DNA of 64,000 nucleotides from positions 20,662 to 84,661 of the forward strand of contig CAWAWR010000019.1 in NCBI GenBank assembly GCA_963785745.1. The letters run 5' to 3'. Positions 1 through 9,193 of this stretch are shown piece by piece (the stretch's first letter is position 1; each line of letters begins with the position of its first letter). The notes below the pieces were generated by a model that made no database searches, had not been told where the DNA came from, and saw nothing but the letters and a program-made list of their open reading frames with translations. The position numbers and the translations under genes were made by a program. This DNA comes from an uncultured Alphaproteobacteria bacterium. GTDB taxonomy: Bacteria > Pseudomonadota > Alphaproteobacteria > Rhizobiales > Xanthobacteraceae.

Positions 1-491
1 AAATCTACAAGGCGCGTCCGGACGTGCACGCGATCCTGCACAGCCATTCGCCGACCGTCATTCCGTTCGGCGCCTCGAATGTGCCGCTGCGTCCGATCGT
101 CAACACCGCCGGATTCCTGTCGCCCGACGTTCCGGTGTTCGAGATGCGCCGGGTCGCGGGGTCTCGCAGCCTGCTGGTCACCGATGCCAAGCTCGGCAAG
201 GCGCTCGCCGACACATTGGGCAGCCGCTCGGTCGCGCTGATGCGCGGCCACGGCAATGTCGTGGTGGGACCGAACGTCCGGCGCATGGTGTCGCGCGCGA
301 TCTACACCGAGGTGAACGCGCGCCTGCAAATGCAGGCGCTCACGCTCGGCAGCCCGATCATCTATCTCGACGAGACCGAGGCGCGGGCCGGCGAAGAGAA
401 CCGGGACAAATCCGAGCGCGGCCACAGCACCGACCGCACCTGGCAGATGTGGGTCGAGGAAGCGATGGGACCGGGCAGCGGCGGCCGCTGA
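1..491 (+). CDS. class II aldolase/adducin family protein (5'-truncated by window edge)
   Basis: Frame 3 ORF running off the 5' edge; translation HAILHSHSP...LMRGHGNVVVG matches class II aldolase metal-binding motifs; stop at 489-491. Confidence 0.6.
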   Translation, partial: IYKARPDVHAILHSHSPTVIPFGASNVPLRPIVNTAGFLSPDVPVFEMRRVAGSRSLLVTDAKLGKALADTLGSRSVALMRGHGNVVVGPNVRRMVSRAIYTEVNARLQMQALTLGSPIIYLDETEARAGEENRDKSERGHSTDRTWQMWVEEAMGPGSGGR

Positions 492-574
492 TCCGGCGAT
501 GGCGAGCGCCGTTCGGATAGCCACATCCCGCCCAAAATAGAGGCAAAATCCACGCCGACGGATGCCCGCGGGCT

Positions 575-2084
575 GTGCAAAAGTCCAATTGGTTTGGCGC
601 GCGGCTTGCTACTACACTTCCAGATCGTTCCAGAGCGGCGGACCGCCGCCCGGGGGCAGTAACGGTGGCAGTTGTTTTCGATGAGATGAGAGGGACCGAC
701 GGGTCGGTTCGCCCGCCCTATGGCGAACTGTCGCGCTGGCTCACCGAGGTTCCGCCCGAGGTGCTCGATCACCGGCGGCGCGAGGCGGAACTGATCTTCC
801 AGCGGATCGGCATCACCTTCGCGGTCTATGGCGAGACCGACGCCCAGGAGCGCCTGATCCCCTTCGACGTGGTCCCGCGCATCCTTGCTGCGGCCGAATG
901 GGACTTCGTCAGCCGCGGCCTCGAACAGCGCGTGAAGGCGATCAACGCCTATATCGGCGACGTCTATGGCCGGCGCGAGATTCTCAAGGCGGGCGTGATC
1001 CCGGAGGATCTGGTGTTCCAGAATCCGGTGTTCCGGCCCGAGATGAACGGCCAGAAAGTCCCGCACGACATCTACGTCCATATCGCCGGCATCGACATCG
1101 TCCGCGTCGACGCCTCGACGTTCTATGTGCTCGAGGACAACGCCCGCACGCCCTCCGGCGTCTCCTACATGCTGGAGAACCGCGAGATCATGCTGCGGCT
1201 GTTTCCGGAACTGTTCTCCCGCCATCGCGTTGCACCGGTCGAGAACTATCCCGATGAATTGCTGGCGACGCTCAAGTCCGTGGCACCCGTGACCGCCTCG
1301 TCCGATCCGACGGTCGTGTTGCTCACGCCCGGCATCTACAATTCCGCCTATTACGAGCACTCGTTCCTGGCCGACAAGCTCGGCGTCGAGCTCGTCGAAG
1401 GCCGCGATCTGTTCGTGAAGGACGAGACCGTCTACATGCGCACGACCCAGGGGCCGCAGCGCGTGGACGTGATCTACCGCCGCATCGACGACGACTTCCT
1501 CGATCCGCTGGCCTTCCGTCCCGAATTCAGCGCTCGGCGTGCCGGGCGTCATGTCCGCCTACCAGGCCGGCAACGTCACGCTGGCGAACGCCGTCGGCAC
1601 CGGCATCGCCGACGACAAGGCGGTCTACAGCTACATGCCCGCGATCGTGAAGTTCTACCTCGGCGAAGAGCCGCTGTTGAACAACGTGCCGACCTGGCGC
1701 TGCCGTGAGGAGGACCACCTCTCTTATGTGCTCGACCACCTCGAGGAATTGGTCGTCAAGGAAGTCCACGGCTCCGGCGGCTACGGCATGCTGATCGGAC
1801 CGAAGGCGGACAAGGCCCAGATCGAGGCGTTCCGGGCCAAGCTGAAATCGTCGCCGAAAAACTTCATCGCACAGCCCACGCTGGCCCTGTCGACGGTCCC
1901 GACCTGCGTGGAAGAAGGAATCGCGCCGCGGCATGTCGATCTGCGGCCGTTCGTGCTGGTCGGCCGCGACCGCGTCCGGATCGTTCCGGGCGGGCTCACT
2001 CGCGTCGCTCTGCAAAAAGGATCGCTGGTCGTCAATTCGAGTCAGGGCGGCGGCACCAAGGATACCTGGGTGTTGGACACTTAA
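575..2084 (+). CDS. circularly permuted type 2 ATP-grasp protein, first gene of an Anbu-type operon; apparent +1 frameshift near 1520-1540 (possible pseudogene or sequencing error); start codon uncertain (GTG 575 or GTG ~665)
   Basis: ORF 575..1708 (..[14 protein letters not shown].., [17 protein letters not shown]) and ORF 1539..2084 ([20 protein letters not shown]...) are the N- and C-terminal parts of one family; the two frames overlap at 1539-1708. Confidence 0.7.
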
Positions 2085-2086
2085 AG

Positions 2087-3028
2087 ATGCTTTCCCGTAC
2101 CGCCGACAATCTGTACTGGCTTTCACGCTACGTCGAGCGCGCGGAATACCTCGCGCGCATTCTGGAAGTGACGCAGCGGCTGACCACGCTTCCGCTCTCC
2201 TATGTCGGCACCGGCAACGAATGGGAATCCGCCGTCGCCACCGCCGGCTGCGCCGGCGCGTTCTCCGCGCATTATTCGGAAGCCAACGAGGAGACGGTCA
2301 CCGAATTCCTGTGCTTCTCGACCGCCAACCCGTCGTCGATCCGAAGTTGCTTCGAGCTCGCGCGCACCAATGCCCGCGCGGTGCGCACCGCGCTGACCAT
2401 GGAAATGTGGGACGCGATCAACGGCACCTGGCTCCAGCTCAAGCGCTTCGGCAACGGACCGACCTCGCGCGAGGAATTCATGCGCTTCCTGCGCTGGGTA
2501 CAGGAAGCCTCGCTGCGCTTCGACGGCCGGGCCTACCGCACCATGCTGCGCAACGACGCCTATTGGTTTTCGCGGCTGGGGCTCTACCAAGAGCGTGCCG
2601 ACAACACCGCGCGCATCCTCGACGTCAAGTTTCACCTGCTGCTGCCGACCAACGAACGCGTCGGCGGTCCGCTCGACTATTTTCAATGGTCGGCGATCCT
2701 GCGTTCGGTGTCGGCACTGACGGCGTATCACTGGGTCTACAAGGAAAGCGTCAAGCCGTGGCTGATTGCCGACCTGCTCATCCTCAAGGATGAAATGCCG
2801 CGCTCGCTCGCAAGCTGCTACGGCAACCTGGTCCAGAACCTCGACTACATCGCGCAGGCCTATGGCCGTCAGGGCCCCGCGCAGCGCCAAGCCCGGGCGG
2901 TGCGCACGCGGATTCAGAACAGCCGCATGGAAGAGATATTCCAGCAGGGCCTGCACGAATTCATCGGCGAGTTTATCTCCTCCAACAACCGTCTGGGCGC
3001 GGCGATCACCGAGCAGTATTTGCAGTGA
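2087..3028 (+). CDS. alpha-E domain protein (Anbu operon gene 2)
   Basis: 313-aa ORF MLSRTADNLYWLSRYVERAEY... typical alpha-E N-terminus; starts 3 nt after the ATP-grasp stop. Confidence 0.8.
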   Translation: MLSRTADNLYWLSRYVERAEYLARILEVTQRLTTLPLSYVGTGNEWESAVATAGCAGAFSAHYSEANEETVTEFLCFSTANPSSIRSCFELARTNARAVRTALTMEMWDAINGTWLQLKRFGNGPTSREEFMRFLRWVQEASLRFDGRAYRTMLRNDAYWFSRLGLYQERADNTARILDVKFHLLLPTNERVGGPLDYFQWSAILRSVSALTAYHWVYKESVKPWLIADLLILKDEMPRSLASCYGNLVQNLDYIAQAYGRQGPAQRQARAVRTRIQNSRMEEIFQQGLHEFIGEFISSNNRLGAAITEQYLQ

Positions 3029-3072
3029 TCCCACAGTAGACATTTCCAATGCCATCGTGATGATGGCTGTCC

Positions 3073-3900
3073 ATGCGCATCCGCGTCGTCCACCGGACCA
3101 CCTACCACTACGACACGCCGGCCAGCGGCGTGATCCAGATGCTGCGCCTGACGCCGCGCAATCATGACGGCCAATTCGTCGTCAACTGGCACATCGACGT
3201 GTCGACGGACTGCCGGCTGGATCAGCACGAAGACGCGTTCGGAAATATCTGCCATGCCTTCACCGCGGAAGGGCCGTTCAGCGATCTCGTCGTGTCGGTG
3301 GAAGGCGAGGTTGAGACCCGCAACACCAACGGCGTTGTGACCGGCGCGATCGAACGGTTCCCCCCTTCGCTCTTCCTGCGTGAGACGCCGTTGACGAGGC
3401 CTGACGAAGCCATTGCCGGCTTTGCTTCCGCGGCCCGCGCGGAGGCCGGGGATGACAACCTCAAGGTCTTGCACGCTGTGCTGGCGGGCCTGCACCAGGA
3501 CATGACTTTCGATCCCGATCCGACGCATAGCGCGACGACGGCAGCCGAAGCCTTCGCCCTCAAGCGCGGCGTGTGCCAGGACCTCACCCACGTCTTCATT
3601 GCCGCGGCGCGCAGCGTCGGGATACCGGCCCGCTACATCAGCGGACACTTTCATCGCAACGACGGCGTCGTCGACCAGGAGGCCGGCCACGCCTGGGCCG
3701 AGGCTTTTGTGCCGGGTCTGGGCTGGGTCGCGTTCGATGCCGCGAATGGCATTTGCGCCACGGAAGCCCATGTCCGGATCGCGGCCGGGCTCGACTATCT
3801 GAGTGCGGCGCCAGTCCGCGGCACCCGCTACGGAGGCTCCGGCGAGACGCTGTCGGTCAATGTCCGTGTCGACCAGACACAACGGCAATCACAAAGCTGA
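3073..3900 (+). CDS. transglutaminase-like family protein (Anbu operon gene 3)
   Basis: 275-aa ORF MRIRVVHRTTYHYDTPASGVIQMLRLTPRNHDGQ.. (Bact_transglu_N-like) followed by a GVCQDLTH..HAWAE..D core Cys-protease region. Confidence 0.8.
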   Translation: MRIRVVHRTTYHYDTPASGVIQMLRLTPRNHDGQFVVNWHIDVSTDCRLDQHEDAFGNICHAFTAEGPFSDLVVSVEGEVETRNTNGVVTGAIERFPPSLFLRETPLTRPDEAIAGFASAARAEAGDDNLKVLHAVLAGLHQDMTFDPDPTHSATTAAEAFALKRGVCQDLTHVFIAAARSVGIPARYISGHFHRNDGVVDQEAGHAWAEAFVPGLGWVAFDAANGICATEAHVRIAAGLDYLSAAPVRGTRYGGSGETLSVNVRVDQTQRQSQS

Positions 3901-3904
3901 TCCA

Positions 3905-3994
3905 GTGTCCCGAAAACCGAAGTATGGTTGACTTCTGAGCCGCCACACTGGTGTCCCGAATTCGAAGTTCGCCTAACTTCTGAACCGCCACACT
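3905..3994. repeat. two tandem copies of a ~45-bp direct repeat in the transglutaminase-Anbu intergenic region
   Basis: gtgtcccgaaaaccgaagtatggttgacttctgagccgccacact / ggtgtcccgaattcgaagttcgcctaacttctgaaccgccacact. Confidence 0.6.
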
Positions 3995-4056
3995 AGCGTT
4001 GCCCCCCTGCCTACGGGGTCGCTATAAGTGCTTTGCATCCGGGGAGCGGCCGACAC

Positions 4057-4803
4057 ATGACCTATTGCTGCGGAATTCTGGTTCGCGACGGCCTGGTGAT
4101 GTTTGCCGACACCCGCACCAATGCCGGTGTCGACAACATCTCCACGTTCCGCAAGCTTCACGTCTTCAGCAAGCCGGGCGAGCGCATCATCGGCGTCGCG
4201 ACGGCCGGCAACCTTTCGATCAGCCAGTCGGTGGTGAGCATGCTGCGGGAAGGCTGGGAGAATCCCGACACCGGCGAGACCGAAACGCTGATGACCGCGC
4301 CGACCTTGTTTCAGGCGGCGCAACGCGTCGGGCGCACCATCCGCAAGATCCACGAGGAGGAAGCGACGGTGCTGGAAGCCAACGATGTCAGGTTCGATGT
4401 CTCGTTCCTGCTCGGGGGACAGGTCAAGGGCGAGCGCCCTCGCCTGTTCCTGCTCTACTCCGCCGGCAACTTCATCGAGTGCACCCAGGACACTCCGTAT
4501 TTGCAGATCGGCGAGCACAAATACGGCAAGCCGGTGCTCGACCGCGCCATCACCTATGACCTCGATCTTTATGACGCGCTGAAGATCGGGCTGGTGTCGG
4601 TCAACTCCACCATGCGTTCGAACCTGAGCGTCGGATTGCCGCTCGACATCCTGATCGCGCGCCGCGACGCCTACGAAGCCGAGGTCAACTATCGCATCGA
4701 GCCCGGCGAACCCTATTTCCACGATCTGCGCGAGCGCTGGTCGGCGGCATTGCGCAACGCCCACCTCAGCATTCCGCGCCCGCCCTACAAGAGCGCGCGC
4801 TGA
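4057..4803 (+). CDS. proteasome-type peptidase Anbu (ancestral beta-subunit homologue)
   Basis: ORF 4033..4803; likely start MTYCCGILVRDGLVMFADTRTNAG at 4057, a Thr-containing N-terminus typical of Anbu/HslV-like proteins. Confidence 0.75.
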   Translation: MTYCCGILVRDGLVMFADTRTNAGVDNISTFRKLHVFSKPGERIIGVATAGNLSISQSVVSMLREGWENPDTGETETLMTAPTLFQAAQRVGRTIRKIHEEEATVLEANDVRFDVSFLLGGQVKGERPRLFLLYSAGNFIECTQDTPYLQIGEHKYGKPVLDRAITYDLDLYDALKIGLVSVNSTMRSNLSVGLPLDILIARRDAYEAEVNYRIEPGEPYFHDLRERWSAALRNAHLSIPRPPYKSAR

Positions 4804-5015
4804 GCTTACGAACTCATAAGCGCTGAGCTTAGGACTCATAAAAGGCGATAATCTATTTTGACCATTCGGCGGCGCTTTTTAACCGGCGATTAACGCCACC
4901 GTCTGAAATGCCAAGCCATTGTGCCGATAACCCGCGGAAAAGCGGCAAGGCAAGCCTATCGCAATTATTGCGACGGTATCTTTCAAGGCTAAAAAACCTC
5001 AAGGGGGGCAATCAG

Positions 5016-7307
5016 TTGGCCTTGGCTGTGCCGCATACGAGCGAAGGACGAGCGACCGCCGGCCGCTATTACGCGCGCCGCGGCGTCGTGATTCCGATCG
5101 GCATCATCGTCGCCGTCGCGATCGTCTGCGTCGTTGTCGCCGTGCTCGGCTCGGCGCAGCGTGCCGACGACGTCGCGATCGCGACCGAGCGTCAACTGTT
5201 CACGCGCGCGCTGCACAATCACGGCGAACGCATGCTGCGCGAGGTTGACGCCGTCGCCAATTCCGAATCCGCCTACCGCAAGATCCGCCTCAGCTTCGAT
5301 GCCGAGTGGGTTCAGGTCTACGTCGGACAGCGGCTGCAATCCTATTTTGATCATCATTTCGTCTTCGTGACGGATCCGTCCGACCGGTTCCAGTACGCCA
5401 CGCTCGGCAATCGCCGCGTCGATCCAAACTGGTTCAATTCGGTCCGCAACGATCTCAATGCCGCCCTCGATCAATTGCGAGGGCGCAGCAACGGCGCCTC
5501 CGGAAGCGCTCTCGCCGGCAACTCACCCGCCGGCGCCGACCATTTGCCGGCACATCAGCAAAGCCAGCGCATCACGCGGTTGCAGACGTTCCTCGGCCGT
5601 CCTGCCATCGTTGTCGCGGTCGCGATCGCAAGCCCCGAAGATCTCGCGAAGAATTCGGCGGACAAGGCCCCGATCGTGATGAGCGTGAAGCTCGTCGACA
5701 ACGACGTGCTGGCGGAAATCGCGTCGCACCTGCAGTTGCGCAACCTTCGCCAGATCGGCGTCGAGCCCATTACGCCGGGCGACTACGTCTTCAAGCTGAC
5801 CGATCCGCAAGCGCAGCAGGTCGCGACCTTCGCGTGGACGCCCAAGCGGCCCGGCGCGGAGATCGTCAGCAGCGTCATTCCCTTCATTGCCGTCGCGGTC
5901 GCGGGTTTCGCGCTCCTGGCCGCGCTTGTGCTCGGCCACATGCGCCGCACCGCCGCGACCATTGCATCCGGTGAATCGAGACTGCGCCACCTTGCGCTGC
6001 ATGATCCGCTGTGCGGCCTGCCCAACCGTATCTTCTTCGGCGAGCGCCTCGAAGCCGTGATCGCGGACGTCCAGAGGGGCAACGCGCCGGCGGCGGTGCT
6101 CTATATCGACCTCGACCATTTCAAAGACGTCAACGACACGCTTGGCCATCCCATCGGCGACGAATTGATCCGCGCGGTGACGCAGCGGCTCACCCATACG
6201 GTCCGCGAAAAAGACCTTGTCGCCCGCATCGGCGGCGACGAATTCGCCGTCATCACCGCCGTGGGCTCCGACCACTCGACGCTGCTGAACATCGCCAACC
6301 GCCTGATCGCGGCGATCTGCGCGCCCTACACGATCAGCAACCAGACCATCGTGATCGGAGCTAGCATCGGCATCGCCGTGATCAACGAGAAGATCACCGG
6401 CGCGGCCGACATCATGCGTCATGCCGACATGGCGCTCTACCGCGCCAAGAACGAAGGCCGCAACCGCGCCTGCATCTATGACACGGCGATGGACACCGAT
6501 CTCCTCAACCGCAAGCTGGTTGAGAACGACCTGCGGCAGGCCATCGAGCGCAACGAGCTGCGGGTGGCCTATCAGCCGATCGTCAACAACAGCGGAGAGA
6601 CGGTGGTCGGCGTCGAGGCGCTGTGCCGCTGGACGCATCCGGTTCGCGGCGAGATTTCTCCGGCGGAGTTTATTCCGATCGCGGAAAACTCAGGCCTGAT
6701 CATCGCGCTGGGCGAATGGGTGCTGCGCCGCGCCTGCATCGACGGCAAGGCTTGGAAGGACGTGATGGTCTCCGTCAACGTTTCGCCGCTGCAATTCCGC
6801 CGCGCCGACTTCGTCGACGTGGTCGAACGCATCCTCGCCGAAACCGGCTTCGACCCGACGCGGCTCGAGCTCGAGGTCACCGAGAGCACGCTGCTCGGCA
6901 ACGTCGACACCGCGGAACTCGCGATGTTCCGCCTCAAGGCGCTCGGCGTGCGGCTCGCCCTCGACGACTTCGGCACCGGCTATTCGAGCCTGCTCTATCT
7001 GCGCCGCTTCCCGTTCGACAAGCTCAAGATCGACCGCAGCTTCGTCCATTCGATCGAGCGCGCCGCCGACGCCGCCGCGATCGTCCACGCCGTGGTCAGC
7101 CTCGGCCGCGGCCTCGGCATGAAGGTCACGGCGGAAGGCGTCGAGACCGCCGAGCAGCACCTGTTCCTGCGCGCAGCGGGCATCCATTCCATGCAGGGCT
7201 TCCGCTTCGGACGCCCCGGCCCGGCGGCGGACATCAGCACGCGACTGGCCGAACCGGGCTCGTTCCGGATCAAGGACGATGCGTCCGACCTCGCGATGAC
7301 GGCCTGA
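5016..7307 (+). CDS. membrane sensor diguanylate cyclase/phosphodiesterase (TM, ~250-aa periplasmic domain, TM, GGDEF, EAL)
   Basis: ORF 4908..7307; SD aaggggggcaatcag then in-frame TTG at 5016; two hydrophobic segments; RIGGDEFAVI and VVGVEALCRW motifs. Confidence 0.7.
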   Translation: MALAVPHTSEGRATAGRYYARRGVVIPIGIIVAVAIVCVVVAVLGSAQRADDVAIATERQLFTRALHNHGERMLREVDAVANSESAYRKIRLSFDAEWVQVYVGQRLQSYFDHHFVFVTDPSDRFQYATLGNRRVDPNWFNSVRNDLNAALDQLRGRSNGASGSALAGNSPAGADHLPAHQQSQRITRLQTFLGRPAIVVAVAIASPEDLAKNSADKAPIVMSVKLVDNDVLAEIASHLQLRNLRQIGVEPITPGDYVFKLTDPQAQQVATFAWTPKRPGAEIVSSVIPFIAVAVAGFALLAALVLGHMRRTAATIASGESRLRHLALHDPLCGLPNRIFFGERLEAVIADVQRGNAPAAVLYIDLDHFKDVNDTLGHPIGDELIRAVTQRLTHTVREKDLVARIGGDEFAVITAVGSDHSTLLNIANRLIAAICAPYTISNQTIVIGASIGIAVINEKITGAADIMRHADMALYRAKNEGRNRACIYDTAMDTDLLNRKLVENDLRQAIERNELRVAYQPIVNNSGETVVGVEALCRWTHPVRGEISPAEFIPIAENSGLIIALGEWVLRRACIDGKAWKDVMVSVNVSPLQFRRADFVDVVERILAETGFDPTRLELEVTESTLLGNVDTAELAMFRLKALGVRLALDDFGTGYSSLLYLRRFPFDKLKIDRSFVHSIERAADAAAIVHAVVSLGRGLGMKVTAEGVETAEQHLFLRAAGIHSMQGFRFGRPGPAADISTRLAEPGSFRIKDDASDLAMTA

Positions 7308-7320
7308 CGGACGACCGCCT

Positions 7321-8298
7321 TCAGTCCAGCTTCAAGCCGATTGACCTGATCACCGGCGTCCAGTACGCGATTTCATCGGCCAGAAGCCTCTCGGCCTTCT
7401 TGGGCGTGGATTCGAAATCAGGCGTGAACCCCGACGCGTTGAACATCCGCTGCAGATCCTTGTCAGCCACCGCCTTACGCGTGGCTTGCGTGAGCTGCTC
7501 AAGGATCGCTTTCGGCGTGCCGCTGGGCGCGTAGAGGCCGATGAAATTCTCCGAAGTCAGTCCGGGAAATCCCGCCTCTCCAACCGTCGGAATGTCGGAC
7601 GCGACCCGCTTCGCGCCGGTCGACGCGAGGATGCGCAGCTTTCCAACCTTGTGCAGCTCGAACGCACCCGCGCTCGCGCTCTGCACCACCATCGGGATGT
7701 GACCGCTGATCAGGTCGGTCATGGCCGGCCCCGCGCCGCGATAGGGGACGTGCGGGATATCGGTTCCGGTCAGCGACTTGAACCGCTCGCCGACCAGATG
7801 ATTCATCGAGCCCGTGCCCGACGATCCGTATGACAGTTTCCCGGGATTGGCTTTGGCGTAGTCGGCAAGGTCCTTCAACGTCCGGACCGGCAGCGTCGGA
7901 TGCACGCCGATCAGGGTCGCGTTGTAGCCGAGGATCGCGATCGGCTCGAAATCCTTGACGGGATGGTACGGCAAGCGGGTCGACGCGATCGGGTGGACGA
8001 CCAGCATCGGGGTGCCGCCGAACAGGATCGTATAGCCGTCCGGCTGCGCGCGGGCGACCGCTGCGGCGCCGAGCGAACCGCCGCCGCCGCCCATGTTCTC
8101 GGCGACGACCGTTCCCAGATGCGGCTTCACGCTCTCGACAAACGGACGGGCGGTGGAGTCGTAGAGCCCGCCGGGCGCAAACGGAACAATGAGCCGGATT
8201 GGCCGATCGGGGTATTTCGACTGGGCGAGCGCAGTTTGTGCCAGCGCCGAAGCGGCGAATGCGACCGGAACCAACGCAAGCAGATCACGTCGTTTCAT
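7321..8298 (-). CDS. Bug/TctC-family tripartite tricarboxylate transporter substrate-binding protein
   Basis: Likely start MKRRDLLALVPVAFAASALA (signal peptide); Bug-family core ..GGGGSLGAAAVARAQPDGYT.. Confidence 0.8.
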   Translation of the reverse strand: MKRRDLLALVPVAFAASALAQTALAQSKYPDRPIRLIVPFAPGGLYDSTARPFVESVKPHLGTVVAENMGGGGGSLGAAAVARAQPDGYTILFGGTPMLVVHPIASTRLPYHPVKDFEPIAILGYNATLIGVHPTLPVRTLKDLADYAKANPGKLSYGSSGTGSMNHLVGERFKSLTGTDIPHVPYRGAGPAMTDLISGHIPMVVQSASAGAFELHKVGKLRILASTGAKRVASDIPTVGEAGFPGLTSENFIGLYAPSGTPKAILEQLTQATRKAVADKDLQRMFNASGFTPDFESTPKKAERLLADEIAYWTPVIRSIGLKLD

Positions 8299-8405
8299 GA
8301 CGCGTCCCTCCCTGTGGTGTCGCTTTTCTATTTTTCTGGATATTAGCGCATTGCCTGGGTCGGCGCAGTGCTGATAATGCGCTCCGACCAGCAAGGATTT
8401 CCGAC

Positions 8406-9167
8406 ATGGCACAACAAAAAATCGCGGTCGTTACCGGCGCGGGCACCGGCATCGGCAGGGCCGTTGCGCTTGCGCTGATGAAGGACGGCTTTGCCGTCGC
8501 GCTGGCCGGTCGCCGGAAGGACAAGCTCGACGAGACCGCGACCGAGGGCGTCAAGACCAACGGGCAGAGCCTGGTGGTCCCGACCGACGTCAGCGACCCG
8601 GCGTCGGTGAAGGCGCTGTTCGCCAAGACCAAGGAGACGTTCGGCCGCTGCGACGTGCTGTTCAACAATGCCGGCATCGGAGCGCCGGCGACGCCGATCG
8701 AGGACCTTCCCTACGAAACCTGGAAGAAGGTCGTCGACATCAATCTCACCGGCATGTTCCTGTGCACCCAAGAAGCGATCCGGCTGATGAAGGCGCAGAA
8801 CCCGCGCGGCGGCCGCATCATCAACAACGGCTCGATCTCCGCCCACACGCCGCGGCCGGGCGCCGCCGCCTATACCGCGACCAAGCATGCCGTCACCGGC
8901 CTGACCAAGCAGACCGCGCTCGACTGCCGCGGCAAGGACATCGTCTGCGGGCAGATCGACATCGGCAACGCCGCGACGCCGCTGACCGAACGCATGGTGC
9001 AGGGCCAGGGCGTGCTGCAACCGGACGGCCGGATGGCGGTCGAGGCGCGCATGGACGCCGGCGACGTCGGCCGCGCCGTGGTCTATATGGCGGGCCTGCC
9101 GCTCGACACCAACGTGCTGTTCATGACGGTGATGGCGAACGCGATGCCGTTCGTCGGGCGGGGCTGA
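8406..9167 (+). CDS. SDR-family oxidoreductase
   Basis: 253 aa; [10 protein letters not shown] Rossmann motif; NNAG; catalytic YTATKHA. Confidence 0.8.
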   Translation: MAQQKIAVVTGAGTGIGRAVALALMKDGFAVALAGRRKDKLDETATEGVKTNGQSLVVPTDVSDPASVKALFAKTKETFGRCDVLFNNAGIGAPATPIEDLPYETWKKVVDINLTGMFLCTQEAIRLMKAQNPRGGRIINNGSISAHTPRPGAAAYTATKHAVTGLTKQTALDCRGKDIVCGQIDIGNAATPLTERMVQGQGVLQPDGRMAVEARMDAGDVGRAVVYMAGLPLDTNVLFMTVMANAMPFVGRG

Positions 9168-9193
9168 GAAGGCGCCTGTCAACAGCACCGCGA

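Noticed and set aside
362-1552. Long antisense ORFs (e.g. 362..1552-, 2123..3055-, 2914..3888-, 5523..6638-, 8343..9314-, 17816..18604-, 23049..24608-, 25747..27561-, 31338..32684+, 59012..59653-)
   Set aside because: They overlap well-supported genes on the opposite strand, have Arg/Ala/Gly-rich low-complexity translations typical of spurious ORFs in high-GC DNA, and show no family motifs
4798-4845. Tandem duplicated ~24-bp motif (ctgagcttacgaactcataa / ctgagcttaggactcataaaa) overlapping the Anbu stop codon
   Set aside because: It contains a short TAAGC-GCTGA-GCTTA hairpin but no U-tract. It is too short and degenerate to call a terminator or repeat element with confidence
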